A DNA stretch of 64,000 nucleotides from Blastocladiella emersonii ATCC 22665 (lineage: Eukaryota > Fungi > Blastocladiomycota): assembly GCA_025594325.1 (NCBI GenBank), contig JANHCV010000001.1, positions 248,001 through 312,000 of the forward strand, in the 5' to 3' direction. Shown here one piece after another: positions 47,801 to 58,239 of the stretch. Position numbers and translations under genes: made by a program. The notes beneath the pieces are model-generated. The model searched no databases, was not told the origin of the DNA, and worked only from the letters and a program-made list of their open reading frames with translations. The stretch's first letter is position 1. Each line of letters begins with the position of its first letter.

Positions 47801-48913
47801 TCCATCACGCCGTGCAACCACGTCTTTTGTTGCTCGTGCCCAGTGTTCTTCTCGGGCGCGGCTAGCAGTAGCGGGCCCGGGGCCAGTCGCGGCGGCGATC
47901 GCAGTACCTCCTCGGACCCGACTCGGGTCGCTACCGCCACCGTCGCCGGAGCGTGCGCCGCTTGTCGCCTGCCGATGGACCGTGACCTCGTCAGCCGCGC
48001 GAACTGCGTTTCGGCTCCACTCGACGACCTCCCGGTTTCGATACCCCCCTCCGCGTCCGTCACCGTCACCAGCACCGCACCGTCTCACCCGGCTGCAGCC
48101 GCCACGAGCAGCAGCGAGACGTTCTCGGCTCACCTCGCGTCCATCGGCGAGACCTTTCCAGCAGCACTTTCCACCTCGCTCGGATTTCCGCCGCTACCGC
48201 CACCTCCGCCCACCTTCTCGGCCTCGCAGTACGGCACCAAGCTCGCGGCGATCCTCGAGTACATTGTCCAGCAGCAGCGGCTGTACGAGCAACAGCAACC
48301 GCTGCGCGACCCTGCACCCGATCCAGCGACAGCAACAACTACGGCAGTCGCGGGCAAGCGTCGCCGTCTCTCGGTGGCGGACCATCGCCGAGGCCCGCGC
48401 ACCGTCGTGTGGACCCAGTTCCCGGACTTTGCCGCGCTGCTCGTCGCGGCCCTCGCCGAGCGCGGGATCCGTGCCATCGACGGGACCGCGGCGGGCCACC
48501 CGGCGGCCGCCGCCGCGTCCGAGGCCGCCTGCCGCGCGTTCGAGCGGCTCGATACGGCGACGGCAGCGTCGGTCATCTGCCTCAACCCCGAGACCTACCT
48601 CTACCGCTGCGCCGCCCTCGCCGTGAGCCACGTCGTGTTCGCCCACCCGCTGCTGGCCACGACCGAGACGGCCGCGCACGACCTCGAGATGCGCGTGCTC
48701 GCTGCTGTCGCCGCCCCGACCCCCGCCACGACCTCCGCCACGACCCCCGCTCCCGCTCCGGCACCCGCCGCCGCGGTGAGCCACCCCGAGCAGGCTACCG
48801 GTGGTGCTGGTGCCGACGAAGACCGCCGAGCCCGCGTCATCGTCGCGCGCTTCGTCGCCTCGGTCACGGTCGAGGTCGCGCTGACCGAGCGCCGGACGCG
48901 CGCCCTGTGGTAG
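44885..48913 (+). CDS. SNF2-derived pseudo-ATPase with RING finger, copy A (5' end uncertain; intron 45333-45449)
   Basis: SNF2-like order of motifs: ATLLV (Ia), ADLVLVAP, FERVWFHRVFLLNSHE (II), C3HC4 RING (47756-47965), YGTKLAAIL, TVVWTQFPDF..L...L...GI (IV), SHVVFAHPLL, RVIVARFVASVTVE. No in-frame ATG was found for the homologous N-terminal frame. Confidence 0.7.
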
Positions 48914-49181
48914 GAATCGGTCGCTCGTCACGACGATGACGATGAATACACTTTCATGAATGGGCCCTTCGATGACCTTCTAGCGCCTGTACATGCGCAC
49001 ACGGACTGATGGACAGGTAGCGTCAGCGGCAGGCAACTGACGGTCGACGCGATCGACATGACAGGAGAGGCGCCTCCCGTTCCCATTCGCTTCACATCGC
49101 CCTGACCCACCTCTGCCTTCGCGCAGCTAAACCCCATTTAACGAATGAAGTAACTTGATGCAAAATGCTTGATCTGCGACT

Positions 49182-52100
49182 ATGAATCCGCCCAGGAAGC
49201 GTGCCCGTGCAGCGCGCTTGCGCTCTGCGACCGCCGATGCGGAGCCCTTGTCTCGACCGCCGTCGACGCGTCGCCGCCACCACCGGCGATCGATCTCAAT
49301 TCTTCCGCGTATCGCGCTGCTTTGCTTCACGCCGAACGTACCGCGTGTGGTTGGTGGGTCCCCTTTACCGATGTCGCCACCCCAGGCGGTCCGCTCAGCA
49401 TGCTCGATTCGCTTGCGAGCACGAATTCGGTTGCCGAGTGGGTGGACAGCGTTGATACTCGTTTCGTTCAACCTGGTGCGTTTCTCCACCGCTCGCGAAC
49501 GCATCGGCCGAGGCAGACTCACTCAAAGGAACTCTCGAGTAGATTTGCTTCTGAGCTCCGAGGAGCTCGCCATCTCACGCCGGCCTCCTTTGCCCGAGGC
49601 TTCACTGGACGCAGAGACGGCGTGGCGCAACCCCGAGCGACCGGTCTTGGCCGATCTCTCGGCGCACCGCGAAATCGTGTGCATTCAGACGCGAAGCTAC
49701 CTGAGCGAGCGGTCCGTCCGCGAATGTGACTTTATCACGACGACCCCCGAGACCGCTCTCTATCGCTTTCCGTGCTCTGAGCGCGGGGAATTGGGTCGAC
49801 GGGCAAGCACTCGCCCGACTCCTTCGCGGAAGTCACCAGCGCCGACCCCGACTTTACGCGGTCGTATGTCCGCAAATACTCCTCGGCCGTGAATCACTGC
49901 ACAGCCACGGTAAATATGTGGTCCCTCGCTGGCGACGCCGTCTTCTCTGCATCCTGCCTGGAACCCGCGCGGACTGAATGGGACGTTCAGCCGTCCGCGC
50001 CAGGCATCCCGCCCGGCTCGCACAAGTTTTCGGCGCCGTGGGCGACCGCGGCCGGCACCGCGCTTCTTTCTGTGGAACAGTACACGTCGTCTCGCGCAAT
50101 CTACAGGATTGAGCCCAGCATGTTTCCGCTGCTCCGCGTTGTGGCCCGGCCGATTGTCGGCCAGCAGTACCCCAAGTTTGGCTTCCGCTTCACCTACGAG
50201 CTGGCCGTCTACCTGCGCATCGCCGAGGTTAACCGTCGCTTGTGCGACCCCGCCACGGCGCAGTCTACCCGCCAAGTCTTGCGCCAACTCTTCCGCCTAT
50301 ACCGCCCGCCGTTCACGCAATGGTTCTCTAATGACTCGCCGCGCATCCCGCTGATCGGTGACGTCGTTTACCACTGCGAAAAGGGCGTCCCTTCGCGGCC
50401 GTGGCAGAAGATTGCGCAGACCAACGGGCCCAAGCTCGGGTTGCGCAACTGGCTTCACACGCTCGAGACCAACGCCGAGGCGCGGACCTTCTCGCTTGCT
50501 GCCCGGGCACGCATCGAGCCGTGTATCCGCCTTGGCGCGCACGGCATGCTCTACAACTACATGAACGGCGAGTTTGCTCCTTCTTGCCCGCCGTTGTGGC
50601 TTCTACCGCTGCACCAGGACGAGACCCTCGAGATGCGCGCTGCCGTCGTGTGCGTCACGGAGCTCTCACCCGATTTGTGCCGCGACTCGCTTCCACTTGC
50701 GCCTCTTGATCCAGCCCTCGAAGTAGCGACTGCGACTTTGGTCCCTCAATCAACTGCGACGCTTATGCTCATGATCTCGGCCGACTCGGCCACCATGGCG
50801 CTTGATGCCGCGCGCCTCGAGCTTGGCCAGACCGCGCGCATCGTCGCTATCCGCAACGCTGGTGAGTACCGGTCGACATCGTGGGCAGCGGTCTTGAATG
50901 CCTATGTTGTCATTGTGTCGCGAGAGTTTCTCGCGAGCGACCACTACGCGCTTCCGCTGGGAGAGCGATGCTCGTCCAAATACGAGCTTCCGATCCCGCG
51001 GCTCGGCTTCCCAGCTTGGTTTTGGCAGAGGGAATCTTGCGACGCGCAGGTCGAGTTTGCCCACCGTCTTGTTGAGTATGCCCGCCAAAGTCAATCTAGC
51101 CCACACTCGTGCCAGGTTGCAATCGAGGCCATCCACTTCCGCCGCGTTGTCTTTGAGGACCCGAGCATCCTCCGCCGGCGGCCTAAATTCGATGGATCGA
51201 CCTCCAAGCTTATAGAGCGCAGTTGTACGCTTGTCCAAGGGCTTTACGCTGACTTTATGGTCGCCTTTGTCTTCCCGCGTATCCCGCTGTAGCGATCCAC
51301 TACTCCTTTGGGCTGATCACGGACCGGCCGCTTCCAAAGCAGTGGGGCGAAGACCTTTCCTCTGTGTTCTTGCACTTTGCGCGCAAACTGCCTGTTCGCC
51401 TGCCTCGACATCGCGTACTCGTTGTCGCGGATGCCACCAGCGGCGACACGGCGCCCATGGCCGAGCGCGAGTCGCACCATGCGCTGCGCTCGCACCTCGA
51501 GTCGCTGCAGGCGCCGCAGCTCAAGGCGCAGCTTACGCGTCTCGTCTCTCTCTTTGCGCTCGATCCCAATCGGTACCCGAGCTACTCGCGCGCGGCCATC
51601 GCCAAGATTGTCGCCGCGCACGATCCCAGCAGGGGACCGATATACGACGATCCTCCCGAGGACCTGGACGGCGAGGACTGCGAGCGCCCCTCGTCCGCGC
51701 TCTCGTTCGCGTCCGCGGTCTCGATGCTTGGCGAACCGCCGACTCGTGCGGTTTGGGCGTGGGCGGCGTCGCTAGGACTCGGCCTCGAGGGTGACCGCTT
51801 CGCCGCTCCCTCGGTGGGCGCCGGGACGGCCGACGGGGATCCTCGACCCGTGGGTTCCAAGCTGAGGCTTCTCGATCGCGACTACCGCGCGGTCCCGGCG
51901 ATTTCGCTTGCATTTCCATCGACGCGCGACCAGTTCAAGAGCCGCAAGCTCGTTCGCTTCTTCCACGCGGTCCAGCGCGCCGTCGAGGCGCACACGGTGC
52001 TCGGCGATGCCGCCGTCGAGGTGGATGCTGACCGCACCGTGTGGCCAGGCGATGACCTCGCTGTAGTTGCACACGACGACACCGCGGCGCGCCTCGCACG

Positions 52101-52614
52101 CGTCAAGGCGCGCTACGGCGCCAAGATCCACGCTATCGCTGCGACCGTCGCTGGCCTCGCGGGCGACAAGCGGCGCGCGCTCGTCGTGTGCCAGTCCCCG
52201 GTCCTCGCCGCGCTGATCGCCAAGGCCATCAACACGGTCCCCGACCTGCTCGCCGTCGACGCGTCGTCGCCCGACCCGCGCCTGCGCAACGCCGCTATCA
52301 CGGTCTTCCACGGGAACAAGCTGGTCACGGCCATGGTGCTCTCGCTCAACGACGAGGGCGGCGCGGCGTACGCGCCGCCGCCGCTCCCTGGCCAGATCTG
52401 TGGCGTCTCGCACGTCATCTTCGCGCACCCGCTGCTCGGCGAGACGGGGGCCGAGTAGGTCGCGATGGCAGAGCGCGTACTCGCGGTTCTTGACCCGTCG
52501 TCGCGGGCCTCGATCAAGCCGATGTGGGTCGTGGCCAAGGGCACAGTCGAGGAGAGCCTGATGCAGCCTTTCAAGGACCGCTTCGAGTTTGATGACGAAG
52601 TACTGTTCGATTGA
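49182..52614 (+). pseudogene. SNF2-derived pseudo-ATPase, copy B, no RING; two single-base frameshifts and an in-frame TAG at 52456-52458; introns 49476-49542 and 51225-51292
   Basis: Shares N-terminal AERxAxGWWxPF and DP...SYVR with copy A; RIVAI....Y..T.W, IHFRRVVFED, GAKIHAI..RALVVCQ, SHVIFAHPLL; after the TAG the frame continues AMAERVL...WVVAKGTVEE. Confidence 0.7.
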
Positions 52615-52938
52615 TGGCGGCGAGGGGCGCTCGCCGTATCTCTGAATACACGTCACATTTTTGGACAACTGGCGGCTATGACGAGGCTCAGTCTCCTTTA
52701 GGCAGCTCTTCAACCAGCACGTTAATCATGCAATTTGGGCTTGTATGCAGTGAGTGATCAGGTCGTGGTGCGCGAGCGAGTCACAGCGGCGCGGTGGGCG
52801 CCGACTCAGCGACCGGTCGCGCGTTGCGCCACCCCGGTGAAACCCGCGCGGTCGCTCCGAGACATCCCCGCTCTCCCGCCAGCTGCGACCGCCGCAACTC
52901 TACGCATCAACACCGAGACACCAAACCCACCACCCACC

Positions 52939-53286
52939 ATGAACCGCGACGCCACCCACGCCGACGCGCTCGCCCAGCTCGACGCGTACATTGCACGGCC
53001 GACGCCCAAGCTCGCCGGGACGGACCGCGGGCAGCTCGTGCGCGCGCTCGCGGTGCGCATCCAGCAGATGCAGGACACGCTCGCGGTGCTGTACGCGCGC
53101 GCCATCACCGACGCCGACGGCCTGTCCGAGTCCCGCAGCGAGGCCGAGCTCGCGCGCCACCGCAAGCGCATCGAGCTCCACGTGGGGCTCGCCCGCGTCC
53201 TCATGCGCCCGCCGGGCGACGACCCCGTGGCCGAGCTCCAGGCGCTGCTCGACGCGGGTGTCGACCGCGCGGGCGCCAAGGTGTGA
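52939..53286 (+). CDS. Small hypothetical helical protein (115 aa)
   Basis: ACCATG start, GC3-rich codons like the neighbouring genes; no motif recognised. Confidence 0.55.
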   Translation: MNRDATHADALAQLDAYIARPTPKLAGTDRGQLVRALAVRIQQMQDTLAVLYARAITDADGLSESRSEAELARHRKRIELHVGLARVLMRPPGDDPVAELQALLDAGVDRAGAKV

Positions 53287-53597
53287 GCGCGCTCGAGTGG
53301 CTCGTCGATGTCCGTTCACCCTCATCTGTATCGAATACATCCCACATCTCATGCCTACCACACCCGTGCTGTGCTCTCTCGTTAACGCCGTTGCTCTGAG
53401 CCCCGCACCCTGATGCCCGTTCGCCATCCCGCGCTCGTTCGGCAGGCGGTCCCACGCGAAGCGCCACTCACGTGTGCCGAGTATCGCTCGCTCCTTCCTT
53501 TGCTCGCCCCGATCAGCGCTCGGGCCGCCTCCCGACTCTCTGCAGTGCTCGCCCCCGAGCTCCATGAAGCCTTTGCACTCGCTGCACATGTATCTCC

Positions 53598-56583
53598 ATG
53601 TCTAACCAAGTCTCGCCCAAGAGCCCCGCTCGGTCCTTTTCGTCGCTCCCGCCCGGCAACGGTCCGGCTTCCAGGCCTCGAAGCGCTCCCGAGGCGACGC
53701 TGACACTTTGCTCTTGTTCGACGTTCAGGTGGTGTGGACGATCAAGAAGGCCAGGAGTACCACGACGTACGCTCTGCGGTGCCCCGCTCCTGACCCGCCC
53801 CGACGGCTGATCCTCGATCCGGCGTGCGCGCGTAGACGACCGGGTGGCTCACGTACGGCCTCAAGAAGCGCCGCAAGGAGTACATTGACCTCGCGCCCGT
53901 AAGGTACGGACCGCTGGCTCCCGCTTCCACAGCATACCGCTCACCCGTCCCTTCCCCGCTCTAGCGTGCTCGTCGGGACCTGGAACGTCGCCGGCCGCCT
54001 CCCCTCATCCTCGCTCAACGCGTGGCTCTTCGGCAAGCCCGGCCCCGACGACGCGCCGCCGTCCGTGTCCGCGCCCGATGCAGCGCCACCCTCGTTCCCG
54101 CCGCGCCTCCCGTCCTTTTCGCACGTCTTTGACGCCGCCGGGACCACCCCGCTGCTCGACGCGGCGGCGACGCCGCCCGAGTCGCCCGCCGCCACTGCTC
54201 CCATCACGATCCCGCTCCCCGCCACCCCGGGCCCCGCAGCAGCTGCAGCCAAACCCGTCCCCGACTTGTCAACGCCCCCGCCGCTCCCGCCGCGTCCGCC
54301 GGCCCCGCCCGCCGACATCATCGTGCTCGGGTTCCAGGAGGCCGACACGTCGACCGAGACGTACATTGCGCACGACCCGGCGACCGTGACGGGGTTCCGC
54401 GAGCGGATCGCGCGTGCGCTCGGCCCGCACCTCGAGCGCCAGTACGGGATCGCTGTCACCAAGCAGCTCGTCGGGCTCGTCATCGTGGTCCTGGTGCATG
54501 ACCGGATCGCGGCGCATGTCACGGATATCGAGACGGCGACGGTCGGGTGTGGGATCATGGGGTTACTGGTACGCGTGAGATCCGCTGCTTTCTACGGACG
54601 CGGCTGACGCCCGAGTTTGGATGGGTAGGGCAACAAGGGCGCCGTCGCGGTGCGGCTCAAGGTTCATGATACTCGCTTGTGCTTCGTCAACTGCCACCTC
54701 GCCGCGGACGCCGACCAGTGGGCGCGCCGCAACAGCGACGTCAACGAGATCCGCCGCCGCCTGTGGTTCCGCCGCTCCGACGGCCGGCCGACGCCCGACC
54801 CCGCCTACGACGAGGACGAGTACGTACACGCTCCACTCGTTGCGGTGGTCCCACTCACCTCACGCGCACGTTTAGGACGGCCGTCGTGTGGCTCGGCGAC
54901 ATGAACTACCGGCTGACGGGCACCCAGGAGCGCGTCGCGCAGCACGTCCAGAACGGCAACCTGCCGCTGCTCCTGCAGACGGACCAGCTCAAGCAGACCA
55001 TGCTCAAGGGCGACGCGTTTGTCGGGTTCGAGGAGGCGAACATTGAGTTTGTCCCGACGTACAAGTACGACGTGGGGACGTCGCGGTTCGACACGAGGTA
55101 CGCTGCCCCTCCGCAGGTCTATCCGCTTGGTAAACTGACCGCCTACTCCCTCGTGTAGTGAGAAGAAACGCACCCCAGCGTGGTGCGACCGCGTACTGTG
55201 GCGGCACCCGGGCCCGGGCGCCACGCGGTCGTCGCGGTACACGTCGCACATGAAGTACCTCGACAGCGACCACAAGCCCGTATCCGCACTCCTCTCGGTC
55301 GACGTGGGCGTGATTGACCCGGACCGGCTGGCCGTCGTGACGCGCGACGTGCTGCGCGAGCACGACCGGTGGGAGAACACACTGATCCCCGAGGCCAGCG
55401 TGACACCGCAGGTCGTCGATTTCGGCACGGTGCGGTTCATGAGCGAGGCGTCGCAGACGGTCGAGCTCGTCAATACGGGCAAGATCCCATTCGCGTGGCA
55501 CTTTGTCCCGCGCGACGGCAGCGGCCCGCTCGCGGGGATCGGTGTCGCGTGGTGTACTGCCGAGCCGCAACGCGGCGTACTTGAGCCTGGTATGGCCGCT
55601 TCACTCGCCCCCGGGTGGGCTCATAGCTGACGTGGCACACGGCTGTAGGCGACCGCAAAAGCATCACGTTCAGCGTGTACGTCCCGCCGCCGCTCGCGGT
55701 CCTGTTCAATGCGGCCGAGACCCCTAGCATGTCCGAAATCTTCATCCTGCGTCTGCACCAGGGCCGCGACTTTTTCATTGCCGCCGAGGGAAGCTGGCAG
55801 CGCACGTGTCTCGCGCGGTCGCTCGTCGACCTCGCCGCGTCGACGGGCCCATCGCGCACCACGCCGCCGTCCGCGGGCCCCTTGGCATCGGCGGTCCCGC
55901 CGGAACTCGACGCGCTGACGCAGTTCCTGCGCGACCACGCGACACACCCGGCGTCGCCCGTGGACGTGGCCGACCTCGTCGCGCCCACGGCGCCCGTGTC
56001 CGAGTCGGCGGTTCAGTCCGTCCTCGACGCCCTCGACACGCACCGCGCGGTGCCCGCTGACGCCGACCCGCGCGCCGTGTTTCGCGCGCTCGCCACGGTC
56101 CTCGAGTACCTGCCCGCGGCGCTGATCCGGTCGGGCGCCGCGCAGGACCGCGTGCTCGCTGCGGCCGCGGGCGCAGGCGCTGTCGAGGACGACCCGGCGG
56201 CGGCTGCGCTCGAGGCCGCCGTCAGCGAGCTCGACGCCACGCACCGCGCGTCGCTCCTGGTCCTCCTCGCGGCGTGTGTCGCGCTCGCGGACGCGGACGT
56301 TGCGAGGGTCGGCGACGCGATGCCCGCGCACGTCACGCGCGCGGCGGCCGAGGCGCGGATCGCGGATTTGCTGGGACCGCTGGTCATGCGGTGGAGCGCC
56401 GTCGGCGACGCGGGTGGCGGCGGGATCGGGACGCCGCCCACGGTTTTGGGAGGCATGGGCAGTGTGCCGACCTCTGCGGCCTCTTCGCCCGTCGCCGCCA
56501 GCAAGAAGGTGCGGTCCAAGATCGCGGCGCGGCAGCGTGCGTTCGTGCTGCTGGTCCGCGGGTTCCGCGCGACGAGTCCCTGA
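53598..56583 (+). CDS. OCRL: OCRL/INPP5B-type inositol polyphosphate 5-phosphatase with ASH and RhoGAP-like domains; multiple introns
   Basis: VGTWNVAG, IVLGFQE, GIMGLL|GNKGAV, FVNCHLAA, WLGDMNYR, PTYKYD, PAWCDRVLW, SDHKPV, ASH (VELVNTG, FILRLHQGRDFFI), then RhoGAP-like VPPEL. The start at 53598 is inferred from splicing. Confidence 0.9.
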
Positions 56584-56638
56584 CCACGCAGCGCTCAGTT
56601 TTGTTTTACCGCGGTGAATGTACAGTGCGTGTCTATGG

Positions 56639-57898
56639 TCATTTGTTGTAACACCCGGCCTCGCCATGCATCCGGTCCCACTTGGCCCCGCGTTTGGCCT
56701 CCCTGCGCGCCGCAACGGCCGGGTCCGTCCACACCACCCCGACGTCGGCGCCCGCGCGCGCAACCTGCGACGGGTACTTGCGCAGAAACCCGGGGTGCCG
56801 CTCCTGCGCGCGCGCGTACTCGGCGAACATGCCGGGCGGAGACAGGAGCGGCGGCGGCGGGGGTGCAGCCTGCGCTGAGTTGCGCGACCGCCGCGGAGAA
56901 GGCGTCGAGGGGAATAGCGCCGCGAACGTCACGGCGTCGCTCGCTGTCTCCGGGGTCCCCGGCGGCGGGACCTTGAACGTGTGCAGTTTCGGGCGCGAGG
57001 CCGACTTGGTGTCAGCGGCGGTGGGAGGAGGGTGCGCCGCGAGCCACTGCGTGTACGCCGCAGCGGAGGAAGCGCGGCGCGCGGCTTTGGACTGTGTCGC
57101 GGCGGCAGCGACGGCGGACTCGGCCTTGGCCGCGGCGTCGAGGGAGGCCGACTTGCGCGCCGACCACGCTTGGTACGCGGTGGCCGCCGCGGTGACGCGC
57201 TCGGGCGTCTTGGCCGGCGGCCGCGCGGCCTTCGAGACGGGGGTCGCTGGGACCGACTGGGCGGGTTTCGCGGCCTTGCGCGGGGACGCGGGCGGAGTGT
57301 CGGGGAGCCCGAGTACCGGTGACCTTGGGGGGATGGGCGGCCGCTTCAGTGGAGCCCGGCGCGCGGGGGACGCGGGCGCGCTGCGGGCCGCCTTGACGGC
57401 GCGCGCGTGCTGTTCCCGCTTGGCCGCCATCCACGCGTCGAGCGTCGCGGTGCGGACCGCGCGGTCGTGCTCGTCCCACTCGCGGACGCGGTTGGTGAGC
57501 GTCGCCGCCAGCGTGGGCTCGTCCAGCTCATCACCATCGTCGGAGCTCGCGTACTCTGGATCGGACACGGCTCCTCTATTGGCAAGCTGTAGAGTCCATC
57601 CATCGACCTCGGGCCCCGCATACCCGCGTACGGGCGAGCTCGGCCGCTCAACGACGCGGAGGCGGCACTCGTCGAGGTCGTCGCCTGACCTCGCGCCCGC
57701 ACGGCGCGTGGGCGGCGGGTCGACCGAGATGTCGCCCGGCCACGCCGTCAGGTTGTTGGGCAGCGCGAGGTCCCCGCCGTCGCCCCACGCGGCGATCCGG
57801 CGCACGTCCCGCGGGAGGACCGGCGCGTCGACCGCGCAGTAGTAGTCGAGCGCGGCGGCGGGCTCGAAGCGGGTCCAGTCGATGGGCGTTGGTGGCAT
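56639..57898 (-). CDS. Hypothetical protein, possibly CCDC34/CCDC181-like
   Basis: 419-aa ORF with repeated aromatic-basic helices (DAWMAAKR, YQAWSARK, YTQWLAAH) and C-terminal MFAEYARAQERHPGFLRKYPSQVA. The family assignment is tentative. Confidence 0.55.
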   Translation of the reverse strand: MPPTPIDWTRFEPAAALDYYCAVDAPVLPRDVRRIAAWGDGGDLALPNNLTAWPGDISVDPPPTRRAGARSGDDLDECRLRVVERPSSPVRGYAGPEVDGWTLQLANRGAVSDPEYASSDDGDELDEPTLAATLTNRVREWDEHDRAVRTATLDAWMAAKREQHARAVKAARSAPASPARRAPLKRPPIPPRSPVLGLPDTPPASPRKAAKPAQSVPATPVSKAARPPAKTPERVTAAATAYQAWSARKSASLDAAAKAESAVAAAATQSKAARRASSAAAYTQWLAAHPPPTAADTKSASRPKLHTFKVPPPGTPETASDAVTFAALFPSTPSPRRSRNSAQAAPPPPPLLSPPGMFAEYARAQERHPGFLRKYPSQVARAGADVGVVWTDPAVAARREAKRGAKWDRMHGEAGCYNK

Positions 57899-58168
57899 GG
57901 TTGCGGGTTCAGGTTCATGGTTTCGGGTCGAGGAGCGTCAAGGGAGGGTGGACATGATCAAAGCGAAGACGACGCGACGGGCAATCGCGTGACCCGCGCG
58001 AGACAGGGCGGAGACATCGTCACGCGGCTCGAGGTCCGCGGGTTCGGCTGAGATGAGCGCCGCGTGAGCACGAAGAGCGCGAGAATCCCACCCGCCCACC
58101 GCATGCAAATTTCGCCGACTGGGGCTCGTTCGCCGACCATGTGAAAAGGCGGCCCGGCGAGCGAAGGC

Positions 58169-58175
58169 TATAAAG
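58169..58175 (+). promoter_or_regulatory. TATA-like element upstream of acyl-CoA oxidase
   Basis: TATAAAG about 70 nt before the ATG in an otherwise GC-rich promoter. Confidence 0.35.
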
Positions 58176-58239
58176 GGGGAGCGTCGCCTCGCGCTCGGTG
58201 CTCGCTCTCTCTCCCGCTCCCCCGCGGAAACCACTGACC

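Noticed and set aside
33250-52750. Starship, transposon or endogenous virus explanation for the island
   Set aside because: No tyrosine recombinase, transposase, RT, capsid or polymerase motifs, and no terminal repeats seen; the genes carry host-type introns.
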